From: an uncultured archaeon
GTDB taxonomy: Archaea > Altiarchaeota > Altiarchaeia > IMC4 > SCGC-AAA252-I15
Length of the DNA stretch: 35,107 bases
Assembly (NCBI GenBank): GCA_964587725.1
Contig: CAZPLO010000014.1
Location: 1-35,107 of the forward strand
Direction of reading: 5' to 3'
Shown here: positions 9,334 to 18,420 of the stretch, piece by piece
How the letters are laid out: each line of letters begins with the position of its first letter
Numbering within the stretch: the stretch's first letter is position 1
Position numbers and translations under genes: made by a program
The notes under the pieces: model-generated
What the model was told of the DNA's origin: nothing
Seen by the model: only the letters and a program-made list of their open reading frames with translations
The model's database searches: none

Positions 9334-10917
9334 TTACTCGCTGCTCTTCAGTATCTCGCCCACCACTTTGGCGTAGGCGGGCCGGGTTATGGTTATGCCT
9401 ATCAGCACCCCCATGATGGTGGTGAAGGCGAAGCCCTTTAGCATGCCTGCGCCGATGCTCATCAGAGGCAGCATCGCCGCTATTGTTGTTGCTGCTGCGG
9501 TGAATATTATGAAGAACGCCCTCCGGATTCTCTCGGCTATGCTTATGGCCTTCCTCCGCTTCCCCTCCTTCAGGGTCTCGTCGGTTATCACAATCTGGTG
9601 GTCCACGCCCGTCCCCACAGCAGCTATTATGCCCGCGACCGCCGGCAAATCCAGCTCCCAGTTTATGAACGACGCCAGCCCCAGTATCAGCAGTATCTCG
9701 CTCAATCCCGTAATCATAACGGGGACGACAATCTCGAAACGCCTGTAACGGAGGTATATTATCGCTCCAACAGCCGCTATCGCCACCAGTCCGGTGTAGA
9801 GGCTGTATTTGAGGAAGCGCCTCCCCAGCGTCGGCGGCGTCGTTGACTTGGATTCTATGCTGAGTTCCACAGGCAGGTTGCCGGATGTCAGAAGTATCTG
9901 GTTTCGTTGCACCGCCTCACGGGCCTCCTCCAACGTGGCGGTGGTCCCGGTTATCCTAGCGTTGTAGACGCATTCGCCGCCGGTGTCGAAGTCGAGCCTC
10001 GGCGAGCTCTGCAGGCCCGTCAGCCCCGCCACCCATGACGTGTAGGACTGGTTGCCCTTCTCCATACGTTCGGTGTCGAGCCCCTCCTCCTCCAGCATGT
10101 TCCGGAGGCTGTCGTCTATTCTGTCCTCGCCGCCGGCCACTATCACCTTATAGTGTCCATGTTCCTTCAGTTCCATCAATTCGGACATGGCCTCCGTCGC
10201 ACTGGACAGCTCCACCGCCGGTATCCTGGCGCGCTCCTCTATCACCTCCAAGGCGGTGTCTCCGAAGAAGAACCGGTCGGATTCGCTGGCGTCGGTGAGG
10301 TTCCTGAGCAGCTGGTAGTCGCCTTCCGTGAACAGTATGCTGGTGTTCACCGGACGGTCTATGAATATGTCAACCGGCCGCCCCCTCTTACCTTTCCCGA
10401 CTTCTCCGAACCGGCAGGCGCCCTCCATGTTGTGGCTGACCATCACAGCCCACGAGTACCCGCCCTGGACGTTGTATACCTCCACCCCCCGCGGCCCAAG
10501 GTCTACGGTGACCTCGTCGCCTAAGATGGCGAGTTCCCCGTCTATGCGCTCCTCGAACCGGGCCTGCTGCTTAAGTATGTTCTCTATGTTTTCGGTCTCC
10601 TCCGGTGTGGCGTCGGCAATCTGTATCAGCAGGTACTGGCTGCCCCACGGCCGGACTGGGATGTCCTTCAACCCCATGCTGTTGAGGCGGTTTTCGAGTA
10701 TGCCTTTTTCGACCGCCATCACCTCCGACCCCACCGGCTGCTCCAGCTTCAGCTGCAGCTGTGTGCCGCCCGCGAAGTCGAGTCCGTAGTCCAGGCCGTT
10801 TCCGAACCCTATGCCCCGCCCCTGGTTGAGGCCGAACAAATTGGTTATGAACGATAAAGCGAGCGCCAGGCTGAACGCCAACACCACAACCCTCCAGTGT
10901 TTAAGCGCACGGTTCAT
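9334..10917 (-). CDS. secD: protein translocase subunit SecD
   Basis: YGLDFAGGT, ILENRLN, LTSGNLPVEL, PTLG, LDLPAVAGIIAAVGTGVDHQIVI and LKGFAFTT motifs. Start placed at ATG 10917 (ATGA overlap with secF). Confidence 0.95.
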   Translation of the reverse strand: MNRALKHWRVVVLAFSLALALSFITNLFGLNQGRGIGFGNGLDYGLDFAGGTQLQLKLEQPVGSEVMAVEKGILENRLNSMGLKDIPVRPWGSQYLLIQIADATPEETENIENILKQQARFEERIDGELAILGDEVTVDLGPRGVEVYNVQGGYSWAVMVSHNMEGACRFGEVGKGKRGRPVDIFIDRPVNTSILFTEGDYQLLRNLTDASESDRFFFGDTALEVIEERARIPAVELSSATEAMSELMELKEHGHYKVIVAGGEDRIDDSLRNMLEEEGLDTERMEKGNQSYTSWVAGLTGLQSSPRLDFDTGGECVYNARITGTTATLEEAREAVQRNQILLTSGNLPVELSIESKSTTPPTLGRRFLKYSLYTGLVAIAAVGAIIYLRYRRFEIVVPVMITGLSEILLILGLASFINWELDLPAVAGIIAAVGTGVDHQIVITDETLKEGKRRKAISIAERIRRAFFIIFTAAATTIAAMLPLMSIGAGMLKGFAFTTIMGVLIGITITRPAYAKVVGEILKSSE

Positions 10918-12008
10918 CTCCTCCTCCCGGGTTTCTCCAGGTACCACCGGAGTATGCCCGCGTTGGTGAACCAGGTGGTGGCGACGTCCGCCACCAAACC
11001 TATCAGCAACACGGACGCGATGCTGCTCAACGTTGTAATCTGCGTGAGGGTGTTGGATATCACGTACACTATCAGCATCACCACCAATGTGGTGGAGGTC
11101 ATCAGCAGCCCCGTCTTCATCGCCTGGTCCATCTGCTCCATCAGCTCCCCGCCCCTGTCCTTCAGCGTCCTGGAGGTCAGCATGATGTCTGTGTCGACCG
11201 AGTATCCGATGAGCATCAGCAGTGCGGCGAGGGAGGCTGGTTCCATGGGTATCCCCAGGAGGCTCATCCCCCCCAAGGCTATAAGCAGGTCCGTGACCGC
11301 AGCCTGTATGACGGCTATCGACGGTATGAAGTCTCTGAAGGCGAGGAACACCACCACGCCCATTAGGGCGAGCGCTATGAACATGGCCTTGAACCCCTGC
11401 TCGCGGAACGTCTGCCCCAGCGTCGGCCCCACCGACCGCAGGTTGAAGTTCTTCTTCACCAGACCAACGTCCACGGGTTCTCCGAGGTAGTATGTGAGGG
11501 CGCTCTCCAGTTCCCCCTCGTCGAGGTCTGAGCCCACCACAGTCAAAGTGCCCTCAGTGTATTCGACGTTGATTCCCTGGTCGAGCCTGGCGGCGAGCTT
11601 CTCATCCAGTCCGGCCGGCGGCTTCACCGTCTCCGCGGACGCGGTGTCGAATTCCTCCAGCGTCCCGGCGTATTTCTCCAGCACATCCCTGACTGCCGCC
11701 CGGTCTTCGATTACCGTGGTGGTCTGCACGGTCAGCTTGTTCTTGTCTGTGTCGACGTCGAAGCCCACGTGGACTCCCACGTCCCTCAAACCCAAGCCGG
11801 AGAGTTCCGCCTCCAGAGACTCCAGCTGGCCCGCGTCCAGGCTCCGGTCGGTGAGGGCGTCCATCCACGTGCCGCCCTGAAAGTCTATCCCGTATTCCAG
11901 GCCGTTTGTGAGGGTCACAGCCAGCATCAGCACCGCCACCAGCGGCGGGAGGAAAATCAGTTTACGGTAGTCTGCGACGCCCGTAAGCCGCGTGTACAAG
12001 CCGGACAT
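10914..12008 (-). CDS. secF: protein translocase subunit SecF
   Basis: YGIDFQGGT, SVGPTLG, LAALLMLIGYSVDTDIMLT and DVATTWFTNAGILRWY motifs. Confidence 0.95.
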   Translation of the reverse strand: MSGLYTRLTGVADYRKLIFLPPLVAVLMLAVTLTNGLEYGIDFQGGTWMDALTDRSLDAGQLESLEAELSGLGLRDVGVHVGFDVDTDKNKLTVQTTTVIEDRAAVRDVLEKYAGTLEEFDTASAETVKPPAGLDEKLAARLDQGINVEYTEGTLTVVGSDLDEGELESALTYYLGEPVDVGLVKKNFNLRSVGPTLGQTFREQGFKAMFIALALMGVVVFLAFRDFIPSIAVIQAAVTDLLIALGGMSLLGIPMEPASLAALLMLIGYSVDTDIMLTSRTLKDRGGELMEQMDQAMKTGLLMTSTTLVVMLIVYVISNTLTQITTLSSIASVLLIGLVADVATTWFTNAGILRWYLEKPGRRR

Positions 12009-12030
12009 AGTGAAATAATTAGGGCCCCGG

Positions 12031-12040
12031 CCTTAAAAAC
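12031..12040 (-). promoter_or_regulatory. putative TATA box of secF-secD (probably a leaderless transcript)
   Basis: GTTTTTAAGG on the minus strand about 25 nt upstream of the secF ATG. Confidence 0.5.
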
Positions 12041-12139
12041 ACTGGGTGGGGTGTGCGCCGGCACCGCAGCCAAGTGGGTGTGTGTTTTCGTATCTTTCGC
12101 TAACTTTTCCCATCTTTCATGGGTTTTTTACGTGAAAGC

Positions 12140-15100
12140 TTAGACGTCTCTCAGTCCTTTTGTGCGTGGTTTTCTGAGGCTGATGTGTATCAGCGCCGCC
12201 CCTGTAATCAGTGCGGAGGCTACGAGGGCCGCCGTCGCCGCGGTCACAAGGTGGTCTATGACGCTCAGGGGGCCGCCTGTTTGATGCAGTCTCGCGGCCG
12301 TCGCAGGGATTTCATCCGTTAGCTCCGCCTCTACAACACCCTGGACCCGGATGACTTCCGTGGTTGTTGTTGGGTGTGTTGGAGCCGTTGTGGTGGTTGT
12401 AGAGGAGGTTGTTCGGGTGGCTGCTGTTGCCATTGTCGTAGTGGTCTGAGTTGTTGTGGGGGTTTTTGATGACATAGTGGTTATTGTCGTTGTCGCCGTC
12501 GTCGATGAGGTCTTCAATGTAGTGGTTGTTGTGGGTTTCTTCACCGTCTCCATCATGCAGTCTGTGAGTCGGTAGCCTGGTTTGCTGACGAGTATCTCGT
12601 ATTTTCCAGGTTTTTTGGGTGTGAATGTGACGGCGCCGTTGGTGTTGGTTTTGTTTTCGAATACGCTGTCGTCGCCGAGGTAGGCTGTGACGTCCGCATT
12701 CAATATTACAGCGCCTCCCCGATTGTCCAACCGTACGGTGATGTTCTGCGGCACACCCACCTTCAATTTGACCGGGCATTGGGTGAACAGTTTCGGTTTC
12801 ACATTCCTGACCGCGCTGCCTCCGCCGCCGGGCGACTGGGGCGTCTGGAGGAAGTAGGTTCTGGTTTCGGTGCTGTTGTCGAAGCCTCCGGAGTCGTTTA
12901 CGGTGGCGTTCAGGTGGTAGAGTCCTTCTGCAAGTCCGGTGTAGTTTATGTAGACTGGAGGGGAAGATGATGCTGTGATGTTTATCACGTCGGTTTCATT
13001 GTAGAGGTATACTGTGATGGTGTCCAGTCTCTCGTCTTCGGCTGACACGTTGGCTGCAATCCAGTCCTGGGTGTAGTTGCCTTCCGCGGTCGTCGGGTCT
13101 TTGAACTCTATCGTCGGCGGCGTCAGGTCCTCTAGGAGGAGGTCAGTGGAGTTCCCCCACCCGCTGTATTCCGTGCCGTCGAACAGCCGGATACTGCACC
13201 TCCACGTCTCCGAGTCGCTGGTGTTTCCGGAGTCTAGGACTGCGTTGAAGTCCGTGCCGTTCCCGTAGCCACCTTCATACTCTACCGTCAGGTTCAGTCC
13301 GCCGTCGAGGTACCATCTTACTGTGACGTTCATGGTGTCGTTGTCCGGGTCGGTTAATATGGTGTGGCAGTCGAGGTCGTCTATGGTCAGGTTTCCTCCG
13401 CTGCTGGAGTTGATTGTGGGTGTGGGGGTGTCTGGGGCGGAGTCGTTGTTGAATGTGAACACGTTCTCGTATATGTTCTGCAGCATGGTGACGTTGTGGT
13501 CGTGGCTCTCTGGAAGCCAGCTGTCGTTCACGGCGTATATTGTGTACGGGGAGTAGTATGTTATTATGGTGCCGTTGTTGTTGACATAGTCGACGAGTTC
13601 GCCCAACGGCGTCCAGCCGGACGCGCCGGTCCACAGCTGCTCCGCCAGCTCGCCGGTTCTGTTGTAGGCGCTGACGTTGGTGTTCGGCATCGTGTTCCCC
13701 GAGGAGTCGTTGGCGTAGGCGCGGTAATACCATTTCCGGATGAGGCTGTTTTTGTCGTCTGTAACGTTTTCGCTGCTGTAGGTTGCGTTTATGAACCGGT
13801 TGTTGATGGCGGACTGCTGGAGGATGACGTCGAACCCGTCCACGTCCATTATCCTCACGTTCCTGAACACGTTCTCGCTTATGTTGTACTGCGGACGGGC
13901 TGGGTCCCCGTATAGCCAGATGCCGTGGTTTGAGCTGCCGTTTATGAACACGTTTGTCAATGTGTTGTAGTCTGTGTAACCGTTCATGTAGGTGACATAG
14001 TATCTGATGCAGGAGTAGCTGCCACCCCAGGAACAGTTAGTGAACGTTGTTTCTGTGATGCTGTTGTTTCGTCCGTAAACGTATAGTCCGTAGATGCCGT
14101 TGGAGCCGAGGTCTGCGTCGTAGACAGTGTTGTACGAGCATTTCATGTAGAGTCCGTTGTTGTTGTATTTTGAGGTGAGGTGTGAGATGTTGTTCCCGTT
14201 CGTCGCTATGTATAAGCCAGTCACGCCGTTGTTGTTTGTGGTCACATTCGTGAAGGTGTTGTATGTGCCGCTTTCCAAGTATAATCCGTAGTTGTTGTTG
14301 TCTGCCGTCACATCCGTGAATGTGCTGTTGTAGACGCCTGCCGTTTGGATGCCGTAGAATGAGTTGTTTCTAACGGTTATGTTTGTCAGAGTGTTGAAGT
14401 AGTTTCTGGTGGTAGTGTAGTACCAGCAGAAGCAGATTCCCTTGCTGTTGTTTTCTGCGGTTAAGCGGTCGACTGTCGTGTTAGATGTCAGATAAAGGTA
14501 TAGTCCGTAGTACTGGTAGTTCAGGGTGTTGTTGATGATGCGGCTGTAGTTCGCGTTATAGATGTATATTCCGTTGCCTCCGTTGGATTCGTTCATGCTG
14601 ATGCGGCAGTTTCTCACCGTAGTGTGAGGCTGGCTGCTGTAGACCCCTGTTTTAGCGAGGGAGCGGTTTGATATGGAGTGGCCGAGGCAGTCGAGGGTTA
14701 CGTTTTCGGCCGTTACGATGAAGCAGTTTCCTGGGCCGGGCGGCACGACGTCTGCAGTGACGCTGTATGTGGTGTCCGGTTTGTTCAGCACGCCGCATAT
14801 GGTCACATTGGTGGGCAGCTCCAGTACCACTCCAAGGAACACGTTGGTTGACAAATTGATGACGGTCGAGTTTGTCACATAACCCGCCTTTGTGGTGTTC
14901 ACCGTGTAGGGTGAGAGGTATACGGTGTTGCTGGAGTTCCGCCAGTACTCCACAGGCATCCTCAGGGCTATGTGGCCGGTGGAGTTGGCGAACTCTGAGA
15001 ACAGTTCGCCGCCGCTGTCGTCCCATGCGGTCACGTTCGCGCCTTTCACGGGATAGCCGAGCAGCTCCGTCACGTTCATTTCAAAATACCATTTTCGGGT

Positions 15101-17212
15101 GAGGAGGGAGCCTGTGCCGACGGTGTCGTTGTCGTAGGTGACGTTCAGGAAGGTGGTGTTGGAGGCGTATCCCAGGAGGCAGACGCTGTAGTTGCATGGG
15201 TAGGTGATTACGCTGTCGCGGAACAGATTGTCTGACGCGTTCTTCGCAGCTGAGCCGTTGACTGTGACGCCGCAGAGTGAGCCGTTGACGTACGCGTTTC
15301 TGACCAGGTTGTTTCCGCTGGAGTGGATGGTCAACCCCGAGTATGTGTTGTCGTTTGCCGACAGTCCGTCCAAGACGCTGTCGTGGACGTCGTCCATCAG
15401 CAGTCCGATGCTGTTGGAGTCCAGTGTGCAGTTCAGGACTTGGGAGCTGTTGGCTGATATCAGTTGTATGCCGTAGCCCCCGTTCGCGGAGGCCATCGTG
15501 ACCCTACAGTCTTTCAACGTCGTGTTGTACTGGTTGGAGTAGACTCCCGCCGCCGCCAGTGACGTGTTGGATATCCGGTGGTCTTGGCAGTCTAGGGTGA
15601 CGTTTTCAGCCGAGACGTTAATGCAGACGCCCGGGCCAGCTGCGGTGATGTTCTGGGCCATGACGTATACGCCCGATTCGTTCAACACCATGCAGTCGTC
15701 CACCATGGTCACGGAGTAGTCGAGGGTGAAGCTGTCGTCGTATGTGTTTGCCGTGACATTGTAAGTGTGGTTTACGCTGTGGAAGTAGAATCTGTCGGCG
15801 TATATGGTGTAATTGGAGTAGTAGCCCAGGGTTCCGGCGTCGTTGACGTACTCTATCAGCGAGCCGAGGCCGGTCCACCCGTCGGTGCTGGAAGTCAGGT
15901 TCTCGATTAATTCGTCGGAGGAATTGTAGGCCGTTATTTCCGCGCCGTGGACGGGGTTCCCGTATGTGTCGTTGACGTAGGTGCGATAGTACCAGCGCCT
16001 GATTAGGCTGGAGCCCGTGCCCACCTCCTCGTCGTCGTAGGTGGCGTTGAGGAATGTCGTGTTTGGCGCGTTCTGCTCCAGGTAGACGTCGTAGTCTGAG
16101 ACGTCCGTCACCAGCAGGTTCTGGAAGACCGTCCCCTCCGTGTCGGCTGAGGGGTCGAACCAGATGCCGTACCAGGCGCTCGTGTTTATGGTGACGTTTC
16201 GGAAGGCGATGTCGTACTGGGTTTCGTAGCCGGTGATCTTTATGCACGCTGACTCCCCCGAGGCGGAGCAGTTGTATAGATACATGTTAGTGAAGTTGTT
16301 ACTGTATGAACCTCGTTCAACCCGCACTCCATTGTAACCGTTCGATTCGGCTGTGACGTTCACGAAGTTATTGTGTGCTGAGTACATGTAGAGGAATATG
16401 CCTTCGTACTCGTTATGGCTGACTATCACCTCGCTGAAGTTGTTGTGTCCGTTGTCTCCGTAGAGGCGGATGCCTGCGTTGTCGTTGTAGCTTGAGTTGA
16501 CTATGTGGAATATGTGTCTGCCGCCGCTCCGAAGATATATGCCACCGTATGAGGAGCTGTCGGCTGCGTTGCCGGTGGCCGTCAGGTTTATGAATGTGTT
16601 ATAACTTGAAAATGACTCAAGCGTCAGTCCGTTTCCGTTGTTGTCTTTCGTCAACACATCCCTGAAATAATTGTAGTCTCCGGTAACGCATATGCCGTCG
16701 TCGTCGTAGTACGGGCCGGCACTGGAAGACACGGTGAGTCCAGTGAAGTTGTTGTAGTCTCCTCCGACGAGAATTCCGACCTCTGAGGTCGTGGAGGTTA
16801 TGTTGGTTAACACGTTGTATTGGCCGCTGACGGTGATGCCATAGTCCACACCCGATATAGATGTGATGTTGTCCAGTCTGTTGCCGTTTGAAGCGACGAC
16901 TATGTTCACGCTACTCCAGTCACGTACTACACAGTTCCTGACTGTCGCGTTGACACCCGATATGTAAACACCGTATTCTGCGTTGTCGTTGCCGTCTATG
17001 AGGCGTCCGTGGCAGTCGAGGGTGACGTTGTTGGCTGAGACGTTGATGCAGTAGTCTGTTCCTGAGCCGGAGATTGCTGATGTGAGGTCGTAGACGCCGT
17101 TATCCTGGTCCAGGTTGGTGCAGCCGCTGATGTCTATGGCGGAGGCGTCGAAGGTAAGCATGAGGAATAGTATAATAAAATATATGCCTTGGATTAAATG
17201 TCTGGAGCCCAC
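12140..17212 (-). CDS. large cell-surface glycoprotein: three parallel beta-helix (pectin-lyase-like/NosD/CASH) modules, Ig-like domains, Thr-rich stalk and C-terminal membrane anchor
   Basis: Signal peptide (..FIILFLMLTFDASA|ID); three C..LN..Y..C....NVTLDC caps; Asn/Gly/Tyr-rich repeats; many N-x-S/T sequons; poly-Thr linker; terminal TM followed by basic tail; GGAGG before the GTG start. Confidence 0.88.
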   Translation of the reverse strand: MGSRHLIQGIYFIILFLMLTFDASAIDISGCTNLDQDNGVYDLTSAISGSGTDYCINVSANNVTLDCHGRLIDGNDNAEYGVYISGVNATVRNCVVRDWSSVNIVVASNGNRLDNITSISGVDYGITVSGQYNVLTNITSTTSEVGILVGGDYNNFTGLTVSSSAGPYYDDDGICVTGDYNYFRDVLTKDNNGNGLTLESFSSYNTFINLTATGNAADSSSYGGIYLRSGGRHIFHIVNSSYNDNAGIRLYGDNGHNNFSEVIVSHNEYEGIFLYMYSAHNNFVNVTAESNGYNGVRVERGSYSNNFTNMYLYNCSASGESACIKITGYETQYDIAFRNVTINTSAWYGIWFDPSADTEGTVFQNLLVTDVSDYDVYLEQNAPNTTFLNATYDDEEVGTGSSLIRRWYYRTYVNDTYGNPVHGAEITAYNSSDELIENLTSSTDGWTGLGSLIEYVNDAGTLGYYSNYTIYADRFYFHSVNHTYNVTANTYDDSFTLDYSVTMVDDCMVLNESGVYVMAQNITAAGPGVCINVSAENVTLDCQDHRISNTSLAAAGVYSNQYNTTLKDCRVTMASANGGYGIQLISANSSQVLNCTLDSNSIGLLMDDVHDSVLDGLSANDNTYSGLTIHSSGNNLVRNAYVNGSLCGVTVNGSAAKNASDNLFRDSVITYPCNYSVCLLGYASNTTFLNVTYDNDTVGTGSLLTRKWYFEMNVTELLGYPVKGANVTAWDDSGGELFSEFANSTGHIALRMPVEYWRNSSNTVYLSPYTVNTTKAGYVTNSTVINLSTNVFLGVVLELPTNVTICGVLNKPDTTYSVTADVVPPGPGNCFIVTAENVTLDCLGHSISNRSLAKTGVYSSQPHTTVRNCRISMNESNGGNGIYIYNANYSRIINNTLNYQYYGLYLYLTSNTTVDRLTAENNSKGICFCWYYTTTRNYFNTLTNITVRNNSFYGIQTAGVYNSTFTDVTADNNNYGLYLESGTYNTFTNVTTNNNGVTGLYIATNGNNISHLTSKYNNNGLYMKCSYNTVYDADLGSNGIYGLYVYGRNNSITETTFTNCSWGGSYSCIRYYVTYMNGYTDYNTLTNVFINGSSNHGIWLYGDPARPQYNISENVFRNVRIMDVDGFDVILQQSAINNRFINATYSSENVTDDKNSLIRKWYYRAYANDSSGNTMPNTNVSAYNRTGELAEQLWTGASGWTPLGELVDYVNNNGTIITYYSPYTIYAVNDSWLPESHDHNVTMLQNIYENVFTFNNDSAPDTPTPTINSSSGGNLTIDDLDCHTILTDPDNDTMNVTVRWYLDGGLNLTVEYEGGYGNGTDFNAVLDSGNTSDSETWRCSIRLFDGTEYSGWGNSTDLLLEDLTPPTIEFKDPTTAEGNYTQDWIAANVSAEDERLDTITVYLYNETDVINITASSSPPVYINYTGLAEGLYHLNATVNDSGGFDNSTETRTYFLQTPQSPGGGGSAVRNVKPKLFTQCPVKLKVGVPQNITVRLDNRGGAVILNADVTAYLGDDSVFENKTNTNGAVTFTPKKPGKYEILVSKPGYRLTDCMMETVKKPTTTTTLKTSSTTATTTITTMSSKTPTTTQTTTTMATAATRTTSSTTTTTAPTHPTTTTEVIRVQGVVEAELTDEIPATAARLHQTGGPLSVIDHLVTAATAALVASALITGAALIHISLRKPRTKGLRDV
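12350..12545 (-). repeat. low-complexity Thr-rich linker coding region
   Basis: Encodes KPTTTTTLKTSSTTATTTITT...PTHPTTTTE; GTT/GTG-rich triplets on the plus strand. Confidence 0.8.
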
Positions 17213-17294
17213 ATTAAGCCTCCATCACCCCATTATACATTGAAAATAGGGGGTTAAAACACCGCTCTTATACCGTCTCTCACATTCATTTACC

Positions 17295-17708
17295 ATGTTC
17301 GGGAAAATAGTGGTCGGCGGCACATTCGACGGTCTCCACGACGGTCATAAGGCGGTGTTGCAAACGGCGTTCGAGAACGCGGAGTCCGTGGTAATAGGCC
17401 TCACAACCGACGAGTTCGCCCGCCGGTTCAGGACCAGGGAGGTGTCGCCGTACGGCGACCGCAAGAAAGCCCTCGACAACTACGTCTCCCGGTTCAAGAA
17501 GCCTTATGAGGTGGTGGACATAAACGACAGCTACGGCGTAGCCACCCTAGACCCCGGCGTCGACTGCATCGTGGTGAGCGAGGAGACTCTCCTTCGGGCG
17601 GAGGAAATCAACACCATCCGTTTCAAGAAGAAGCTGCCGCGGCTAACCATCATTGTGGTGCCGCTGGTCCTCGACGACGCCGGCAAACCCATTTCAAGCG
17701 AAGGATGA
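17295..17708 (+). CDS. coaD: archaeal-type phosphopantetheine adenylyltransferase (cytidylyltransferase fold)
   Basis: VVGGTFDGLHDGHK (HxGH), IVVSEET, EINTIR and PISS motifs; C-terminus looks short. Confidence 0.9.
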   Translation: MFGKIVVGGTFDGLHDGHKAVLQTAFENAESVVIGLTTDEFARRFRTREVSPYGDRKKALDNYVSRFKKPYEVVDINDSYGVATLDPGVDCIVVSEETLLRAEEINTIRFKKKLPRLTIIVVPLVLDDAGKPISSEG

Positions 17709-18175
17709 TAGACGAGACCGTGTATGTGGCTGACGGGGCGAGGGTTGTGGGGAGCGTGTCCATCGGCGAATACAGCAGCGTATGGTACAACGCCGTGTTG
17801 CGCGGCGACCGGAACCGGATAGTGATAGGCAGATACACCAACATACAGGACTGCTGCACCCTCCACAGCCCCGAAAGCTACCCCGTCCGCGTCGGAGACT
17901 ACGTAACCGTCGGCCACGGCGCAAAAATACACGGCGCCGAAGTCGGGGACAACGTCCTCATAGGCATGGGTGCCATCCTCATGAACGGCTGCAAGATAGG
18001 CTCGAACTCCGTCGTCGCGGCGGCAGCGGTGGTGAAGGAGAACACGGTCATACCGTCGGGCACGCTGGCTGCCGGCGTCCCTGCGAAGGTTGTGAGGAGG
18101 CTCAGCCCCCAGGAGGTGGAGAGCATACGCCAGAACGCCCTTGAATACAAGGCTTTGGCGGCTCAGGCGAAATGA
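17705..18175 (+). CDS. gamma-carbonic anhydrase family (YrdA/CaiE/PaaY-like) hexapeptide-repeat protein
   Basis: VWYNAVLRGD, TNIQDCCTLH, VTVGHGAKIHG (three metal-binding His) and GVPAKVVR motifs. Confidence 0.93.
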   Translation: MIDETVYVADGARVVGSVSIGEYSSVWYNAVLRGDRNRIVIGRYTNIQDCCTLHSPESYPVRVGDYVTVGHGAKIHGAEVGDNVLIGMGAILMNGCKIGSNSVVAAAAVVKENTVIPSGTLAAGVPAKVVRRLSPQEVESIRQNALEYKALAAQAK

Positions 18176-18420
18176 TGGGTGTGGTCGGGCAGGCGAGGAA
18201 GACCATACAGAACATCCGCGACAAAATAATATCCGATATTCTGCGGCGACAGAAGCCTGAACTGGACCGTAAAATAGATGAGATGCTGAAGCCGCCTAAG
18301 GTCAACCGCATAATGGTGCGTTACCTCGGCATAGGAAAAAGCTTCGGCAAAAAAATCACTGGAAGCAGGGTGGGCAGGACAATCGGGAAGGCTCTGAAGG
18401 GGTTGGGTAAGCTGCTTTAG
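18172..18420 (+). CDS. small basic hypothetical protein
   Basis: ATGA overlap with the upstream gene; Lys/Arg-rich; amphipathic C-terminus. Confidence 0.6.
   Translation: MMGVVGQARKTIQNIRDKIISDILRRQKPELDRKIDEMLKPPKVNRIMVRYLGIGKSFGKKITGSRVGRTIGKALKGLGKLL

Noticed and set aside
12010-12140. Possible tRNA or ncRNA in the largest intergenic gap
   Set aside because: No cloverleaf or T-loop motif found; content is explained by the secF promoter and low-complexity tracts.
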